DNA of 49,773 nucleotides from a virus (IMGVR_UViG_647533158_000006), one strand, 5' to 3'; positions 29,009 to 39,430 are shown, counted from the stretch's first letter. Notes: generated by a model from the sequence alone, not told the origin. Numbers and translations: made by a program.

Positions 29009-30311
29009 AGTGGCAGAACGCATCAGGGACGGAACCGTACCGTCTCCAGTGAAATTCTCCAACATGTGGCTGGTGAATTTGCGAATAACCGGAACCGGGC
29101 TTGCCTATCGCGCCGGGCTGAAAGAGCACGTCTGGCGTGATCCAAAGCTCTATCTGAACGAGGAGTTTTTAAGGCGATGCAATGGCCTTCCGGTTATCGC
29201 AAACCATCCTGACGACGCAGTTCTGACGGAGGAGGATTTTAAATCGCGGATCGTCGGTAGCGTCATGCTGCCGTATATCCGGGGTGATGAGGTATGGGCG
29301 GTGTGCCGCGTTTACCTCCAGAGCATTGTTGAAGAAATCACTGAGGGGGATGTTTCGACAAGCCCGTCGGTGGTGTTCAACAGCACATCAGGAAATGTGG
29401 AAGTACAGGAAGGTGACACCAATTTTTTAATCGAAGGCGTTCCTTTCCTTGTTGATCACATTGCCCTGGTGACGAAAGACCACGGCTCGCTGGGCGTGTG
29501 GGATAAAGACCGGATCCCCGCAGGGGTTGAAGTGACAAACACAGGTGAAATCGAGATGGAAAAAGAAGAACTCCAGGCCCTGTTACAGGGGGTTGTGAGC
29601 GATGCCCTGCAAGGCATTAATCAGAAAATCGATGGTGTCGTTACGCGCATGGACTCTCTGGAACAGCGGGACAAAGCGCGGGCGGACGCCGAAGAACAGG
29701 CGAAAAAAGAGGCCGGAGAAAAGGCCAAAGCCGATGAAGCCGCAGAGGAACAGCGTAAAGCTGATGAAGCTGCGGCAAAGGAGGCGGAAGAAAAAGCCAA
29801 AGCTGACGAGGCAGCAGCCAAAGATGCTGAGGAGAAAGCAAAGGCTGATTCCGAAGCGGAAGAACAGCGTAAGGCTGACGAGGAGGCAGAAAAAGAACGC
29901 AATGACTCTGCCCTGGCAGAAGCGCAGGCAAAAGCCGACTCCGCATTCAGTGCCTGCGGTAAAAACGCGCCAGCACCGTTTTCTGGTGAAAATGCGCTGG
30001 ACTACCGCAAGCGTGCGCTAATCGCTATGCAGAAACACTCTCCGGCACATAAGGACGTCAATATTCGCGCGATTGCGGATTCTGCAACGCTGGCTGTGCT
30101 TGAGGACGCAATTTTCAGTGCCGCCCGTCAGTCCATCGAAAAAGAAATGATGAGTACGCAGGGGCAACTGCATAAACGTATCCGCAATGATGAAGCCGGG
30201 CGTCGCATTACTGAATATCAGGGCGATCCGAACGTCTGGCTGAGTGCCTTCAAAATTCCGGGGCGTCGTCTGGCAAAAATTAACACTCAAGGGAGCCTGA
30301 ACAATGGCTGA
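28989..30311 (+). CDS. Putative scaffold / prohead protease protein with K/E/A-rich coiled-coil repeats
   Basis: 440 aa; internal tandem repeats AEEQRKADEAAAKEAEEKAKADEAA...; precedes the major capsid gene. Confidence 0.55.
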   Translation: MSLTELEVAERIRDGTVPSPVKFSNMWLVNLRITGTGLAYRAGLKEHVWRDPKLYLNEEFLRRCNGLPVIANHPDDAVLTEEDFKSRIVGSVMLPYIRGDEVWAVCRVYLQSIVEEITEGDVSTSPSVVFNSTSGNVEVQEGDTNFLIEGVPFLVDHIALVTKDHGSLGVWDKDRIPAGVEVTNTGEIEMEKEELQALLQGVVSDALQGINQKIDGVVTRMDSLEQRDKARADAEEQAKKEAGEKAKADEAAEEQRKADEAAAKEAEEKAKADEAAAKDAEEKAKADSEAEEQRKADEEAEKERNDSALAEAQAKADSAFSACGKNAPAPFSGENALDYRKRALIAMQKHSPAHKDVNIRAIADSATLAVLEDAIFSAARQSIEKEMMSTQGQLHKRIRNDEAGRRITEYQGDPNVWLSAFKIPGRRLAKINTQGSLNNG

Positions 30312-30921
30312 TATTAACTTTCATCCGTTTAAAAACCGTGGAGCATTTGGTGGCCTTTTTAACGTCGAATCCCGTGGGCTGATGCAGGGGGATGCGCAGG
30401 ATGATCCGGCAATTCGTCTGCAACTTTGCTCCGGACGACTGAACAGCAAAATCACTGAACCGGTATGGGGTGGTGTCGGTGTTATCGAGTGCATCGCTAC
30501 CGCGAAAGACAGTGTTAACGGCGCGGTTATCAAGCAGGCCACGAAGGACGCCTGTAACGCCTTTACGGTCTTTAATCAGGCATTTCATGGCATTACCACG
30601 TCGGATAATCCGGTGCCGTTATATCTCGCGGGTGGCTTTGTTCACTATTACCGCGTTGGCTCAGGCGCCCGCATTCCTCTCCCGGTCAGTGCAGAAGTTG
30701 TTGCGTTGGCTGATGGCAATAACACCGTTGCTGCCAGTGGTTTTGTGTGGGACCTGACAAATAACGTCATTGATGTTTACACGGGAACGCCGGGGGCTAA
30801 CCCGAAAGTGGACATTAAGTTGCTGATGGTTTCAGTTGAAGGAAACCTGACGGTGAAAAAAGAGGATGGCGGTAACGTTGTCTGGGAAATCGGCAAGCCG
30901 TGCGGCCTGTTTTTAATTTAA
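30304..30921 (+). CDS. Head structural protein (205 aa)
   Basis: Track ORF between scaffold and major capsid genes. Confidence 0.5.
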   Translation: MADINFHPFKNRGAFGGLFNVESRGLMQGDAQDDPAIRLQLCSGRLNSKITEPVWGGVGVIECIATAKDSVNGAVIKQATKDACNAFTVFNQAFHGITTSDNPVPLYLAGGFVHYYRVGSGARIPLPVSAEVVALADGNNTVAASGFVWDLTNNVIDVYTGTPGANPKVDIKLLMVSVEGNLTVKKEDGGNVVWEIGKPCGLFLI

Positions 30922-30935
30922 GGGGATATTAATTA

Positions 30936-31964
30936 ATGAGCGCATTTACTCCCGCGACTACTTTTGTGTCGCCGTCAATGGTGCTGCCGGAAATGATCGT
31001 GCAACAGAGCATGGCTTCCGGGGCGTTTGAAGTCCTGGCTGGTGGTGCTCCAGCGGTAAAAATCAGTTCCAGTGATTTGATGGTCTATCAGAAATATCTG
31101 CGCATGACCTCGCAGGCGCAGGTCAGCCAGTCTCTGCCGGGCCAGTTACCGTCTTCCAGTATCTCTGGCGGCTATGACGGGATGATGACTTACCGAATTT
31201 CTTCCCGTTCGCAATACAGCTATCTCGATACTGATGCAGCAGATCGCTGGGGCTATTCTCTGATTGAAGGCCTGCGCCTGGCTAACCGCCAGGGACACGC
31301 TCAAATGTTGCGTAATATGCTGCTGTATGGCGTGAATGCAGCTAATAACGAGGGGATCACCAACTCCCCGAATGCAGTGACGTTGAATCTGGGTAACGAC
31401 AGCAAAGGCAATGATTCTTACACCACCTGGGACTCCGGCGAGATGGCTAAATTTATGCTTGGCCTGATTGCTGACCAGAAAACCCGCATGTTGCTGCTGG
31501 GGCAGCCATTAACGACAGTCATTCTGAGTCCGCAGCGATTCATGAAGGCGCTGGAGTGGACAGGAATTGTTGAGCTGACCAGTTACCAGCGTCCTGGAGG
31601 CGGTACCGGAACAGTGGGGACGATGGTTAAAGACGTCGCTGATAAGGCGACAGGCGATGACATCATTTTCTGCCAGGATGACACGCTGATTGGTAAGGGG
31701 GCTGGTGGTAGTGACCTGATCATCGTTACGAACCCGACGATTGAGGTTCCGGAAGCGCGTCACGCTATTAACACCAATATTTTCTCCACGCTGGTCCCTA
31801 ACCAGCAGGCCGTCAACGTGATGTTCTGCGACATGGCAGCGCCGACGGAAATCCCGTCCCCTATGCCGGATGGCGGCCTGACCACGTTGTATACCATGCG
31901 TGCGACACCGGGCTGGAACTTCCGCCCGGAGGGGATCACCCTGTTGTCTGCCAAATACGCATAA
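30936..31964 (+). CDS. Major capsid protein (putative)
   Basis: 342-aa ORF with strong ribosome-binding site, followed by a strong terminator, in the head module. Confidence 0.6.
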   Translation: MSAFTPATTFVSPSMVLPEMIVQQSMASGAFEVLAGGAPAVKISSSDLMVYQKYLRMTSQAQVSQSLPGQLPSSSISGGYDGMMTYRISSRSQYSYLDTDAADRWGYSLIEGLRLANRQGHAQMLRNMLLYGVNAANNEGITNSPNAVTLNLGNDSKGNDSYTTWDSGEMAKFMLGLIADQKTRMLLLGQPLTTVILSPQRFMKALEWTGIVELTSYQRPGGGTGTVGTMVKDVADKATGDDIIFCQDDTLIGKGAGGSDLIIVTNPTIEVPEARHAINTNIFSTLVPNQQAVNVMFCDMAAPTEIPSPMPDGGLTTLYTMRATPGWNFRPEGITLLSAKYA

Positions 31965-31972
31965 ACGTTCAA

Positions 31973-32000
31973 TCTGATAACGCGGGGAGCTAAATGCTCC
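31973..32000 (+). terminator. Rho-independent terminator after the capsid gene
   Basis: GCGGGGAGCTAAATGCTCCCC followed by TTTTTTGT. Confidence 0.7.
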
Positions 32001-32021
32001 CCTTTTTTGTGGGAAAAATTT

Positions 32022-32492
32022 ATGAAGCTCTACATCGCTAACTGCTCACGTCAGCCGCACACGTTCAACTACAAACTCCCCGAAAAAACGCAGTCGTTCG
32101 GTGTGACAATTCCGTCCGGACGTCAGCATATGATCGAAAATCAGTCCGATATTATCGACCACATCATCCGACAGCATGAGCCTTACGGATTCCAGCGTTG
32201 TGACAAGGTGGACAAGAATTTTTCCGGTATCTGCTATTCCATCGATAAACCTGTGAGCGTCGGTCGTATTGAGGATTGCGCGGAGCAGAAAACGGAAAAT
32301 CTGGAATCCATGTCAGAGGAAATTCTCGCGGCCAGCGCCGTATCGCTGAATAACGCAGTGGATCAGGCGGTGATTCAGAGCGGCGAAAAACCTCAACCGG
32401 GCGGTATTGAGATGGAAATCACCGGAGAAGCGATCAACACCGAACAGGAAAATCCGCCCAGCACAAAGCGAAATATTAAGGTTAAAAAATAA
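32022..32492 (+). CDS. Hypothetical head/tail-joining region protein
   Basis: Track ORF 32007..32492; start at MKLYIAN. Confidence 0.5.
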   Translation: MKLYIANCSRQPHTFNYKLPEKTQSFGVTIPSGRQHMIENQSDIIDHIIRQHEPYGFQRCDKVDKNFSGICYSIDKPVSVGRIEDCAEQKTENLESMSEEILAASAVSLNNAVDQAVIQSGEKPQPGGIEMEITGEAINTEQENPPSTKRNIKVKK

Positions 32493-32932
32493 TGACCCTG
32501 TGTCCGTCACTGGAGGGGTTTATTCGCTTCGTTCGTGATGACATGAAAGTACCGGTTCACGCCATTGCTGACGATGATCCGACGCTGGAATGTTGCTTTC
32601 AGTCTGCGATGGAGCTAATCCCTCACGATCAGGGGCTGGAGCGTTTACCCATCATCTATGTGCGAACGGTTTATAACGCTGCCGCCTCATTCCTCCTGAA
32701 TTTCGCCCCCGGCTCGTGGTTTGCCAACCTGCGAAAAAAACTCAATCTTGGGAGTCTGGTAACAGGACTCGTCAGCGCGGCAGCAGACCAGGGGACATCG
32801 GGTTCGATCACCATCAGCGACGCGCTGAGTAATCTGTCTTTGCTGGATTTGCAGATGTTGCAGGATCCGTATGGACGACAGGTTATTGCGGTGCTGATGC
32901 AGATGGGCACGGTATGGGGGTACACGCCATGA
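32492..32932 (+). CDS. Head-tail connector / DNA packaging protein (putative)
   Basis: Track ORF; ATGA overlap with the upstream gene. Confidence 0.45.
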   Translation: MTLCPSLEGFIRFVRDDMKVPVHAIADDDPTLECCFQSAMELIPHDQGLERLPIIYVRTVYNAAASFLLNFAPGSWFANLRKKLNLGSLVTGLVSAAADQGTSGSITISDALSNLSLLDLQMLQDPYGRQVIAVLMQMGTVWGYTP

Positions 32933-33369
32933 AACTCTGTTTTGGTGTTATCGACCAGCCGTATGACTACGGCGACGAACCGGGAAAAACCACGTTCGAC
33001 GTGGCCTGTGACCTCGAGGAGAGATACGAAATTTTTACGCACTTCTGGGAAATGCATAAGGACGAGATTATCCAGGAGGCAGGTACTGAACTGGCGTACC
33101 AGTTGGTCAATCACCTTAAGCATAAGGCTCCGCTACCAGGCGAGCATTTTCTGGAAGGGACTGAGAAGATTTTCCATATTTTTCTTGAAACTGAAGAAAT
33201 GGCCGGGATGACGATTAACGGAAACCCTGTGCCAACTCAGGCCGCGCTACTGGGCGTTAACTCCAGGCTTAAGGACAAATATACCGGGGAGCGGCGTCCG
33301 TCATTCATAGACGGCGGCCTGTTTAAGGGCAGCTTTATAGCGTGGATAGATAACAATGCCGAGTCTTGA
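32914..33369 (+). CDS. Head-tail joining protein (putative)
   Basis: Track ORF, overlapping gene ends. Confidence 0.45.
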   Translation: MGVHAMKLCFGVIDQPYDYGDEPGKTTFDVACDLEERYEIFTHFWEMHKDEIIQEAGTELAYQLVNHLKHKAPLPGEHFLEGTEKIFHIFLETEEMAGMTINGNPVPTQAALLGVNSRLKDKYTGERRPSFIDGGLFKGSFIAWIDNNAES

Positions 33370-34300
33370 GGAATTAGCCGAACAGCACAGTTCGCAGCTC
33401 TCATCCGTTCTTAAATCCGCAGTTGAAACCATCTCGTCAGACCAGGAAATCACATTCAGGCTTTATGTCCGGCAGGTTCTGCCGCTGGATGGTTTTGTCT
33501 ATTGGGTTAATGCGGAAATCATCAGTTGCGATGAACTGTGTCGCCTGAATATTGAGTCACCAACTCGTCTGAAAATCAAAGGCAGCCTGCATCGTCAGGT
33601 TATTGCGATTCAGGACGAGTCTGTCTCGAAGGATGTGAACAACATTATTTTCACGCCTGTTCAGCAGGTTGATGATTTTAATGTGGAAAATCCCGATGCG
33701 ATCTATCTCGGTGAGTACTGCGGCGTCCAGTTCGCTTTTTCACGAATGGAGAGCCGCTATCAGCAGTCGGGTATTTTTCATTATCGCGGCATGGCGATTT
33801 TACCAACTATGCGTTCTCAGATTATCGACTGCGAGGAGGATATCAGCGACGAGCAGATCATCTCCAACAGCATCCCGATCTGGCTGCAAATGAAAGATGC
33901 CGCGACCGTGTATCCGTCTTACCTGGTACCTCAGAACCTTCGTCCTCCGTATATCGCGGTGGATGTTCGCAACAGCATTCCGTTGCAGGTGGCTCCCATT
34001 GTTTTCGGTGGTGAGCGATTCCAGCTCGTCCAGGATTCGGTTCGCCTGACGCTTTACGGATTCAGCAACAAAATGGCGCTGGATCTTGTCGACTCGGTGG
34101 TGAACAGGGCGCTGGAGGAGGAAAAGTTTGGTGTAACTAATATTCCGGTGGTTCAGGACGCAAAGTCGGGACAGGTTGAAATCAACGCTCTGGCGAAGAA
34201 AAAGATTGTCGATTTTGACGTGAATTACTACCAGAGCACCGCCCGGGAAATATCCCGGCAGTTGATTGAAAAAGTTATTTGTAAATATGAGGTTAAATAA
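33356..34300 (+). CDS. Tail completion / neck protein (putative)
   Basis: Track ORF, operon position. Confidence 0.4.
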   Translation: MPSLEELAEQHSSQLSSVLKSAVETISSDQEITFRLYVRQVLPLDGFVYWVNAEIISCDELCRLNIESPTRLKIKGSLHRQVIAIQDESVSKDVNNIIFTPVQQVDDFNVENPDAIYLGEYCGVQFAFSRMESRYQQSGIFHYRGMAILPTMRSQIIDCEEDISDEQIISNSIPIWLQMKDAATVYPSYLVPQNLRPPYIAVDVRNSIPLQVAPIVFGGERFQLVQDSVRLTLYGFSNKMALDLVDSVVNRALEEEKFGVTNIPVVQDAKSGQVEINALAKKKIVDFDVNYYQSTAREISRQLIEKVICKYEVK

Positions 34301-35637
34301 TGGGATTTAATATCGTCACGGTGAATGTGTCCCAGACCATCGGGGCTATACCCTCGAATTTGCAGCAGATGTCTGCGGTTCTCTCGTTTGGCTCCACGAC
34401 TAATGAGCCGGGGAAGCCTGTATTACTCACCAGCAATCAGGATATTAACGATCTGGTTAAAAATCCGATTGCTGCGTTGTCGGCGGCTGCCGCAGGAAAA
34501 TCTGCGGCAAACGTCACCGTTACGATGACGCTTCCGGAAGGGAGCAACATCCGACGCGAAAACAGTTCTGAGGTGAAAATTGTTGTTTCCGGGTGTTCGC
34601 CCGACGCGTGGAATGGCGAATATACTGCTACCGTCACGGATGAAAAAACACTGACCTGGACGATTGCTGATTCTCAGCTTTCCGGTTCGCCAGTGACACT
34701 GGGGCAGTTTTCCATTGTCGGCATTGAAAATCTGGTGACGGCAGTAAACATGTTTTTTGCCCAGGGAAATTCAGTTGGGATTTACCTGCTGGAGCTGGGA
34801 GTACAGAAAGGCGGGGTCAGTAAGGAAATCGCTGCACTGAAAGCTTATATGGAAGATCCGCTCCTGCGGTTTTATGCGTATCTGGTGCCGCAGCCGTGGG
34901 ATGGTGACGCAGAATTTATCAGTCTGGCAAAACTCCACACCGCCAACGAAGCGATGCAGTATTTCTTCGTGCTGACGAAAACGCCGGACGACACGAATTA
35001 CGTTTCGCCTTATGCCGGTATTAAGTCGGTTATTGCAACGGCGGATGATACGTACCCGGCGACAAACGCGGCAGCAGCCGTAATGTGGAACTATGTTTCC
35101 GCATCACCTTCAGAAATCAACAAGGTGCCGCCGATGGCATTTCGCTATCTGCAGGCGGTAAATGCCCACAAGGGCAAAAATTCCATTCTGACCACGATGA
35201 CGAAGCAGAATATTAACTACGTCGACACGGGGGCTGAGGGTGGAATTTCCAACACGATTCTGGTGAAAGGCGTTACCAGTGACGGTAACGATATGACGTA
35301 CTGGTATTCCGTGGACTGGGTGCAGATTAATGTCGATATGCAGCTCGCCAACACGGTGATCAACGGCAGCAATAACCCAATTAACCCGCTTTACTACAAC
35401 CAGGACGGGATCGACCGTCTACAGCAGGTCGCACAGGCGGTGTTCAATACGGGCGTATCTTACGGCCTGGTCAACGGTCAGCCTGTCGTCGATGCAGTGC
35501 CTTTCCGCCAGTATATCAACACTAATCCGAATGATTACGGTATCGGGCGTTATGCGGGCCTTTCGGCCTCCTATACGCCGATGCGCGGATTTGTCGAAAT
35601 CATTTTTAACATCAATGTGACAATGCAGCTTTCGTGA
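34300..35637 (+). CDS. Tail sheath-like protein (putative)
   Basis: 445-aa ORF followed by a ~150-aa tube-like gene, the chaperone frameshift pair and the tape measure. Confidence 0.5.
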   Translation: MGFNIVTVNVSQTIGAIPSNLQQMSAVLSFGSTTNEPGKPVLLTSNQDINDLVKNPIAALSAAAAGKSAANVTVTMTLPEGSNIRRENSSEVKIVVSGCSPDAWNGEYTATVTDEKTLTWTIADSQLSGSPVTLGQFSIVGIENLVTAVNMFFAQGNSVGIYLLELGVQKGGVSKEIAALKAYMEDPLLRFYAYLVPQPWDGDAEFISLAKLHTANEAMQYFFVLTKTPDDTNYVSPYAGIKSVIATADDTYPATNAAAAVMWNYVSASPSEINKVPPMAFRYLQAVNAHKGKNSILTTMTKQNINYVDTGAEGGISNTILVKGVTSDGNDMTYWYSVDWVQINVDMQLANTVINGSNNPINPLYYNQDGIDRLQQVAQAVFNTGVSYGLVNGQPVVDAVPFRQYINTNPNDYGIGRYAGLSASYTPMRGFVEIIFNINVTMQLS

Positions 35638-35648
35638 GGGACTGAACC

Positions 35649-36092
35649 GTGCCTAATCCAATGATCCCCGTTGGCACCCTTAACCGGGTTCGCGCCAGCG
35701 TTAAATTCACCTCTCATTCCGAACTGAATGTGTCCGCCTCATTTCTGGCAAAAGAAGGCGTCGAATTGTCCTTTCAGGGCAATATCACGGAGTTTTTACC
35801 TGCTATGACGGGAGCCGTGCAGTCGCCGCAGCCATACATGATTTTACAGGCGCGTGTTCATCTGCTGCGTAGCCAGGCGCTGGGAAAACAATTCAAGGCG
35901 CAATGGGAAAAGAACGCCACGATCGGCGACGCAAAAGTGTATAGCGACAGCACGGTATTCGGTGACTTCGATATCTATAACACGGCGATCACCAACGTGC
36001 AGGATATGACCTTCGCCGGGGGCGAGCCGGGTGTGGCCATCACCATTACCGGTACGTATTACATCAACTCTGAAATGTGGGATCTGGTATGA
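35649..36092 (+). CDS. Tail tube protein (putative)
   Basis: 147 aa, position after the sheath-like gene. Confidence 0.5.
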   Translation: MPNPMIPVGTLNRVRASVKFTSHSELNVSASFLAKEGVELSFQGNITEFLPAMTGAVQSPQPYMILQARVHLLRSQALGKQFKAQWEKNATIGDAKVYSDSTVFGDFDIYNTAITNVQDMTFAGGEPGVAITITGTYYINSEMWDLV

Positions 36093-36706
36093 AAATCTCC
36101 CGAAATCTGAATCTGATTATTCCTGTCCGGACAGAAAAGGGTAATGGCTGGATCCATGCCACGCCGATCAGCAAAGAGGTGTTTAAAGAGCATTTCTTCA
36201 TTCTGAGTAAAACTTTTTCTGCCATTTTTTCTGAAGGTCTTGGCGTCGTTGCGGGTCCGCGTATCGCCTGCCTTATGCTGGAAAGGATCTCCTCAGATAT
36301 GAATATCTGGGATGGCGAAAAGGGCGTTCGCAATACGCTCGTGAATGAAATCATTCGCCTTGCGAATCTGGTTTACCCAGCCGAAGGGAAAGGCTACGAC
36401 ACGATCCCGCTTGATATGGCGCTGGAGCGCGGCATCGTTGAATTTGATGATGTGGCAGGTGAACTCGTTTTTTTTACATGCGTCTCGTCGATAAACACAC
36501 CGGAGCAGACGGAACAGATGATGCTGGCAGTCAGTGGAATGTGGAACAGTCGCATTTCATCCTTGAGTCTTACGGAATGGATTGCTTCATTGCCGACATT
36601 GAAGCCTGTCGCCAGTTCTGGCGCGACGGCGAGCACGTTATCAGCGACATCCTCGACTACTCAGCCGGAGACGGATTCAGCGACATCTGGGCAAATTCCG
36701 GTCTGA
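36077..36706 (+). CDS. Tail assembly chaperone (G-like)
   Basis: Directly upstream of the tape measure; contains slippery U-run; overlapping -1 frame ORF continues to 36780. Confidence 0.6.
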   Translation: MGSGMKISRNLNLIIPVRTEKGNGWIHATPISKEVFKEHFFILSKTFSAIFSEGLGVVAGPRIACLMLERISSDMNIWDGEKGVRNTLVNEIIRLANLVYPAEGKGYDTIPLDMALERGIVEFDDVAGELVFFTCVSSINTPEQTEQMMLAVSGMWNSRISSLSLTEWIASLPTLKPVASSGATASTLSATSSTTQPETDSATSGQIPV

Positions 36707-36780
36707 ATGTAAAAACAGCAGCTCAGTTTCGTGAGCTGCGTAAATGCACGACGCCGGGAGGTGTATTGAATGTCAGGTAA
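36478..36780 (+). CDS. -1 frame extension of the tail assembly chaperone (GT-like frameshift product)
   Basis: ORF in -1 frame relative to 36077..36706, overlapping it from the T TTT TTT heptamer at about 36469-36475. Confidence 0.5.
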   Translation: MRLVDKHTGADGTDDAGSQWNVEQSHFILESYGMDCFIADIEACRQFWRDGEHVISDILDYSAGDGFSDIWANSGLNVKTAAQFRELRKCTTPGGVLNVR

Positions 36781-38758
36781 TCAGATGCCGGTTCTGACAC
36801 TGGACGTTAATGAAGAACGTCTTAAGCGACTTGAGGCGATATTTGAAAAGTATCGCAACGGGCTGATGATTGGCCCTGCCGGTACGCCTCTTAAAATACC
36901 TTCAAATACAGGTCCGGGAGGTGGCGTCCGGCAGACAACTACAGGCGGAGAAGCCAATCAGGCTCCCAGGAAACCATCTTCACCCGCGCCAGTTTCGGCT
37001 GCTTCCACTGATGGACGTTTAAGGGATGAAAAAGGGCGCTTTGTTGGAAGCGGGAAAACACCTGATTCGCTGGTGAGCAACTATAAAGGTCGCGGCGAAA
37101 CGATGTTTGATAAGTACCTCAGCGGGCTGGGTAAAAACGCTCAGGGGACGCTGAAAACTTACAAACAGATCAATTCAACGCTTAAAACGACTAATTCCCG
37201 GTTAAAAAGCCTGTTTAAAACCACGGTTTCGTGGGGGACGAAAATAGCTGCAATAGGGGTTGCGGGGCCGTTTGGCTACGGCTATATGGCAAGTAAAGTC
37301 GCGGCACAGTATAGCGTAGCTCAGGGTTTAGGGATGGAAACCGCCCAAATGCAGGCCGCACGTGCCACCTATTCGCCATATTTTTCTGGCACAGAAGAGC
37401 TGGTTCAGCATCTGGCTAACGCACAGAAAAACCCGAACGATCCAAACTATGCTGGCCTGGTTAGTCTTGGAATTGATCCGCGAGATGGTGCTGCAAAGAA
37501 TCTGCCCAAACTTATGAGCGCGCTTGCATCTCTCGTTAAGCAATATAAAGGTTCAGGACTTACTCAGGGGATTCTCAACGGACAAGGGCTTGGATTTGTT
37601 GATGTCGCGACAACTAACCAGATGGAAGCGAATCTGGACAAGATCCCCCAACTGAATGAGAAATTTGCAGCAAATACCAGGTTACTCGGCACTTACCTCA
37701 CGCCAGCTATGCAGTCAGGTTATCAGGACACGGTGAGTAACCTGATGGTAAATGGAAACAGAATATCAAATTCCTGGTATGCAGCTCTCGCCAGATATAA
37801 CCCACTAATCAGAGGTGCATCAGATGGACTGACATCCAATATTGAAGGTTTTCTGAATGGTGGAAATTTTAAAAAAATTCTCACTGAGGCTGGCGAAGGG
37901 CTGGAGAAACTTGGTAAGTGGCTGAATAGCGAACAATTTAAAAATGATCTTGACGATTTTTCTCTGGCGGTGAGCCGGATTGCAAAAGCAATATGGTCAG
38001 CTATCAAATGGATCGGTGGGGAAGATAAATATCTCCCCGGAACCGGAGTTGGTGCTGAACAGGCAGATCCAGTTCTTGCGGCATTTGGGAATAAATATCT
38101 CGGTGGTGCGTTGCCGGGAGCAAACCCGATGACAAATCAGTATACGGGTGAGTTTTATAAACAGGATGATGTATATAAAAATTACCATATGCCTAATGAT
38201 TTAAAGAGAAATATTCAGAACTTTGTAGAGCAAGCCAATAATACTTATCGACTTCCTAAAAATATGATGTCAGCTATCGCGGAGGTTGAATCTTCGTGGA
38301 ATCCTCTTGCAAGAGGAACTCCAGATGAAAAAGGTAGATTCGCTAAGGGGTTGTGGCAATTCTGGGATAGCACCGCAAAACAGTATGGTCTGGTGGGTGA
38401 TGATGTTTATGACCCAAATAAATCCACTCTTGCGGCTGGCCGCTTTTTAAATGATCTGAATCGGCGTTATAAAGGCGATGTGGCAAAAATGCTTACGGCA
38501 TATAACGGAGGTCGTATTGATAGAGATGGAAATCTAAGTTTGAGAATGGAGACTGTAAAATATTTAATTAAATTATTGCCTCAGATACAGGGAGCCTTGG
38601 ATCAACACCCTGGTATTATGAATCAGCTAAGAAATGCCAGAGATAACTTTCAGGGTGCTGGCAAAAATGCCCGCGCAATAATTGAGCTTCAGGTGCGACA
38701 ATCGCCGGGTTCCGACATACTGGCACAACTCGCCGGAACGCAACAAATACCGGGGTAA
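36770..38758 (+). CDS. Tape measure protein with C-terminal lytic transglycosylase (SLT-like) domain
   Basis: 662 aa; C-terminal AEVESSWNP...GLWQF...AYNGG motifs typical of SLT domains. Confidence 0.6.
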   Translation: MSGNQMPVLTLDVNEERLKRLEAIFEKYRNGLMIGPAGTPLKIPSNTGPGGGVRQTTTGGEANQAPRKPSSPAPVSAASTDGRLRDEKGRFVGSGKTPDSLVSNYKGRGETMFDKYLSGLGKNAQGTLKTYKQINSTLKTTNSRLKSLFKTTVSWGTKIAAIGVAGPFGYGYMASKVAAQYSVAQGLGMETAQMQAARATYSPYFSGTEELVQHLANAQKNPNDPNYAGLVSLGIDPRDGAAKNLPKLMSALASLVKQYKGSGLTQGILNGQGLGFVDVATTNQMEANLDKIPQLNEKFAANTRLLGTYLTPAMQSGYQDTVSNLMVNGNRISNSWYAALARYNPLIRGASDGLTSNIEGFLNGGNFKKILTEAGEGLEKLGKWLNSEQFKNDLDDFSLAVSRIAKAIWSAIKWIGGEDKYLPGTGVGAEQADPVLAAFGNKYLGGALPGANPMTNQYTGEFYKQDDVYKNYHMPNDLKRNIQNFVEQANNTYRLPKNMMSAIAEVESSWNPLARGTPDEKGRFAKGLWQFWDSTAKQYGLVGDDVYDPNKSTLAAGRFLNDLNRRYKGDVAKMLTAYNGGRIDRDGNLSLRMETVKYLIKLLPQIQGALDQHPGIMNQLRNARDNFQGAGKNARAIIELQVRQSPGSDILAQLAGTQQIPG

Positions 38759-38761
38759 AAG

Positions 38762-39430
38762 ATGTCACTTAATTACTTTGGACAAGCTTTCAAACTGGCG
38801 TTTGAAGTTTCGCCCATTCTTTTAGTTGATGGCATAGCGTCGAAAATTCCCGGCGGGGTGATGCCGATTGTTGTTCTGACCGAAGGACTAAGTATCGCGA
38901 ACGGTCTGCTGCATGGAGAGATTCATACACGCTCGATGGCGGCATTCACGCCAATGGCCGGGACAACGCTGGTCCAGCAGGATATTTGCAACCTGAATTT
39001 CTATAACCAGGTAACGGCAGCGAATGCGACCGTCAGGAAGCCCAATCGGGTAGTCATGCAGATGATCCGTCCGGCATCAACGGAGGACGGTGGCTACACC
39101 ACTAAGGGGATGACGTTTACGGCGCTGAAAATGGCGCTTGATATGCATAACCAGTATGGCGGTTGCTACACCGTTCTGACTCCCTCGTTTATCTACACGC
39201 GCTGTCTGATGCGGTCGTTTATCGATACATCCGGTTTCTCTGAGCAGAACAAGCAGGTTCAGCACACCTGGCAGATTGAGTTTGAGCAACCATTATCGTC
39301 TGTCGAACAAACGGTAAAAACGCTGGCGAGCGTTCTGGATAAATTTGATAAAGGGATGCCGTCAGACGGGCCGCTATCGTGGTCAGGTATTAAGAACCAG
39401 GTCGTGCAGGAGTTTGGTATTGGCTTATGA
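38762..39430 (+). CDS. Tail/baseplate protein
   Basis: Track ORF in tail operon. Confidence 0.45.
   Translation: MSLNYFGQAFKLAFEVSPILLVDGIASKIPGGVMPIVVLTEGLSIANGLLHGEIHTRSMAAFTPMAGTTLVQQDICNLNFYNQVTAANATVRKPNRVVMQMIRPASTEDGGYTTKGMTFTALKMALDMHNQYGGCYTVLTPSFIYTRCLMRSFIDTSGFSEQNKQVQHTWQIEFEQPLSSVEQTVKTLASVLDKFDKGMPSDGPLSWSGIKNQVVQEFGIGL

Noticed and set aside
29602-30021. 139-aa K/R-rich ORF on the plus strand and Ala/Ser-rich ORFs on the minus strand
   Set aside because: Alternative-frame readings of the nucleotide tandem repeats inside the scaffold gene; compositionally implausible as independent proteins.
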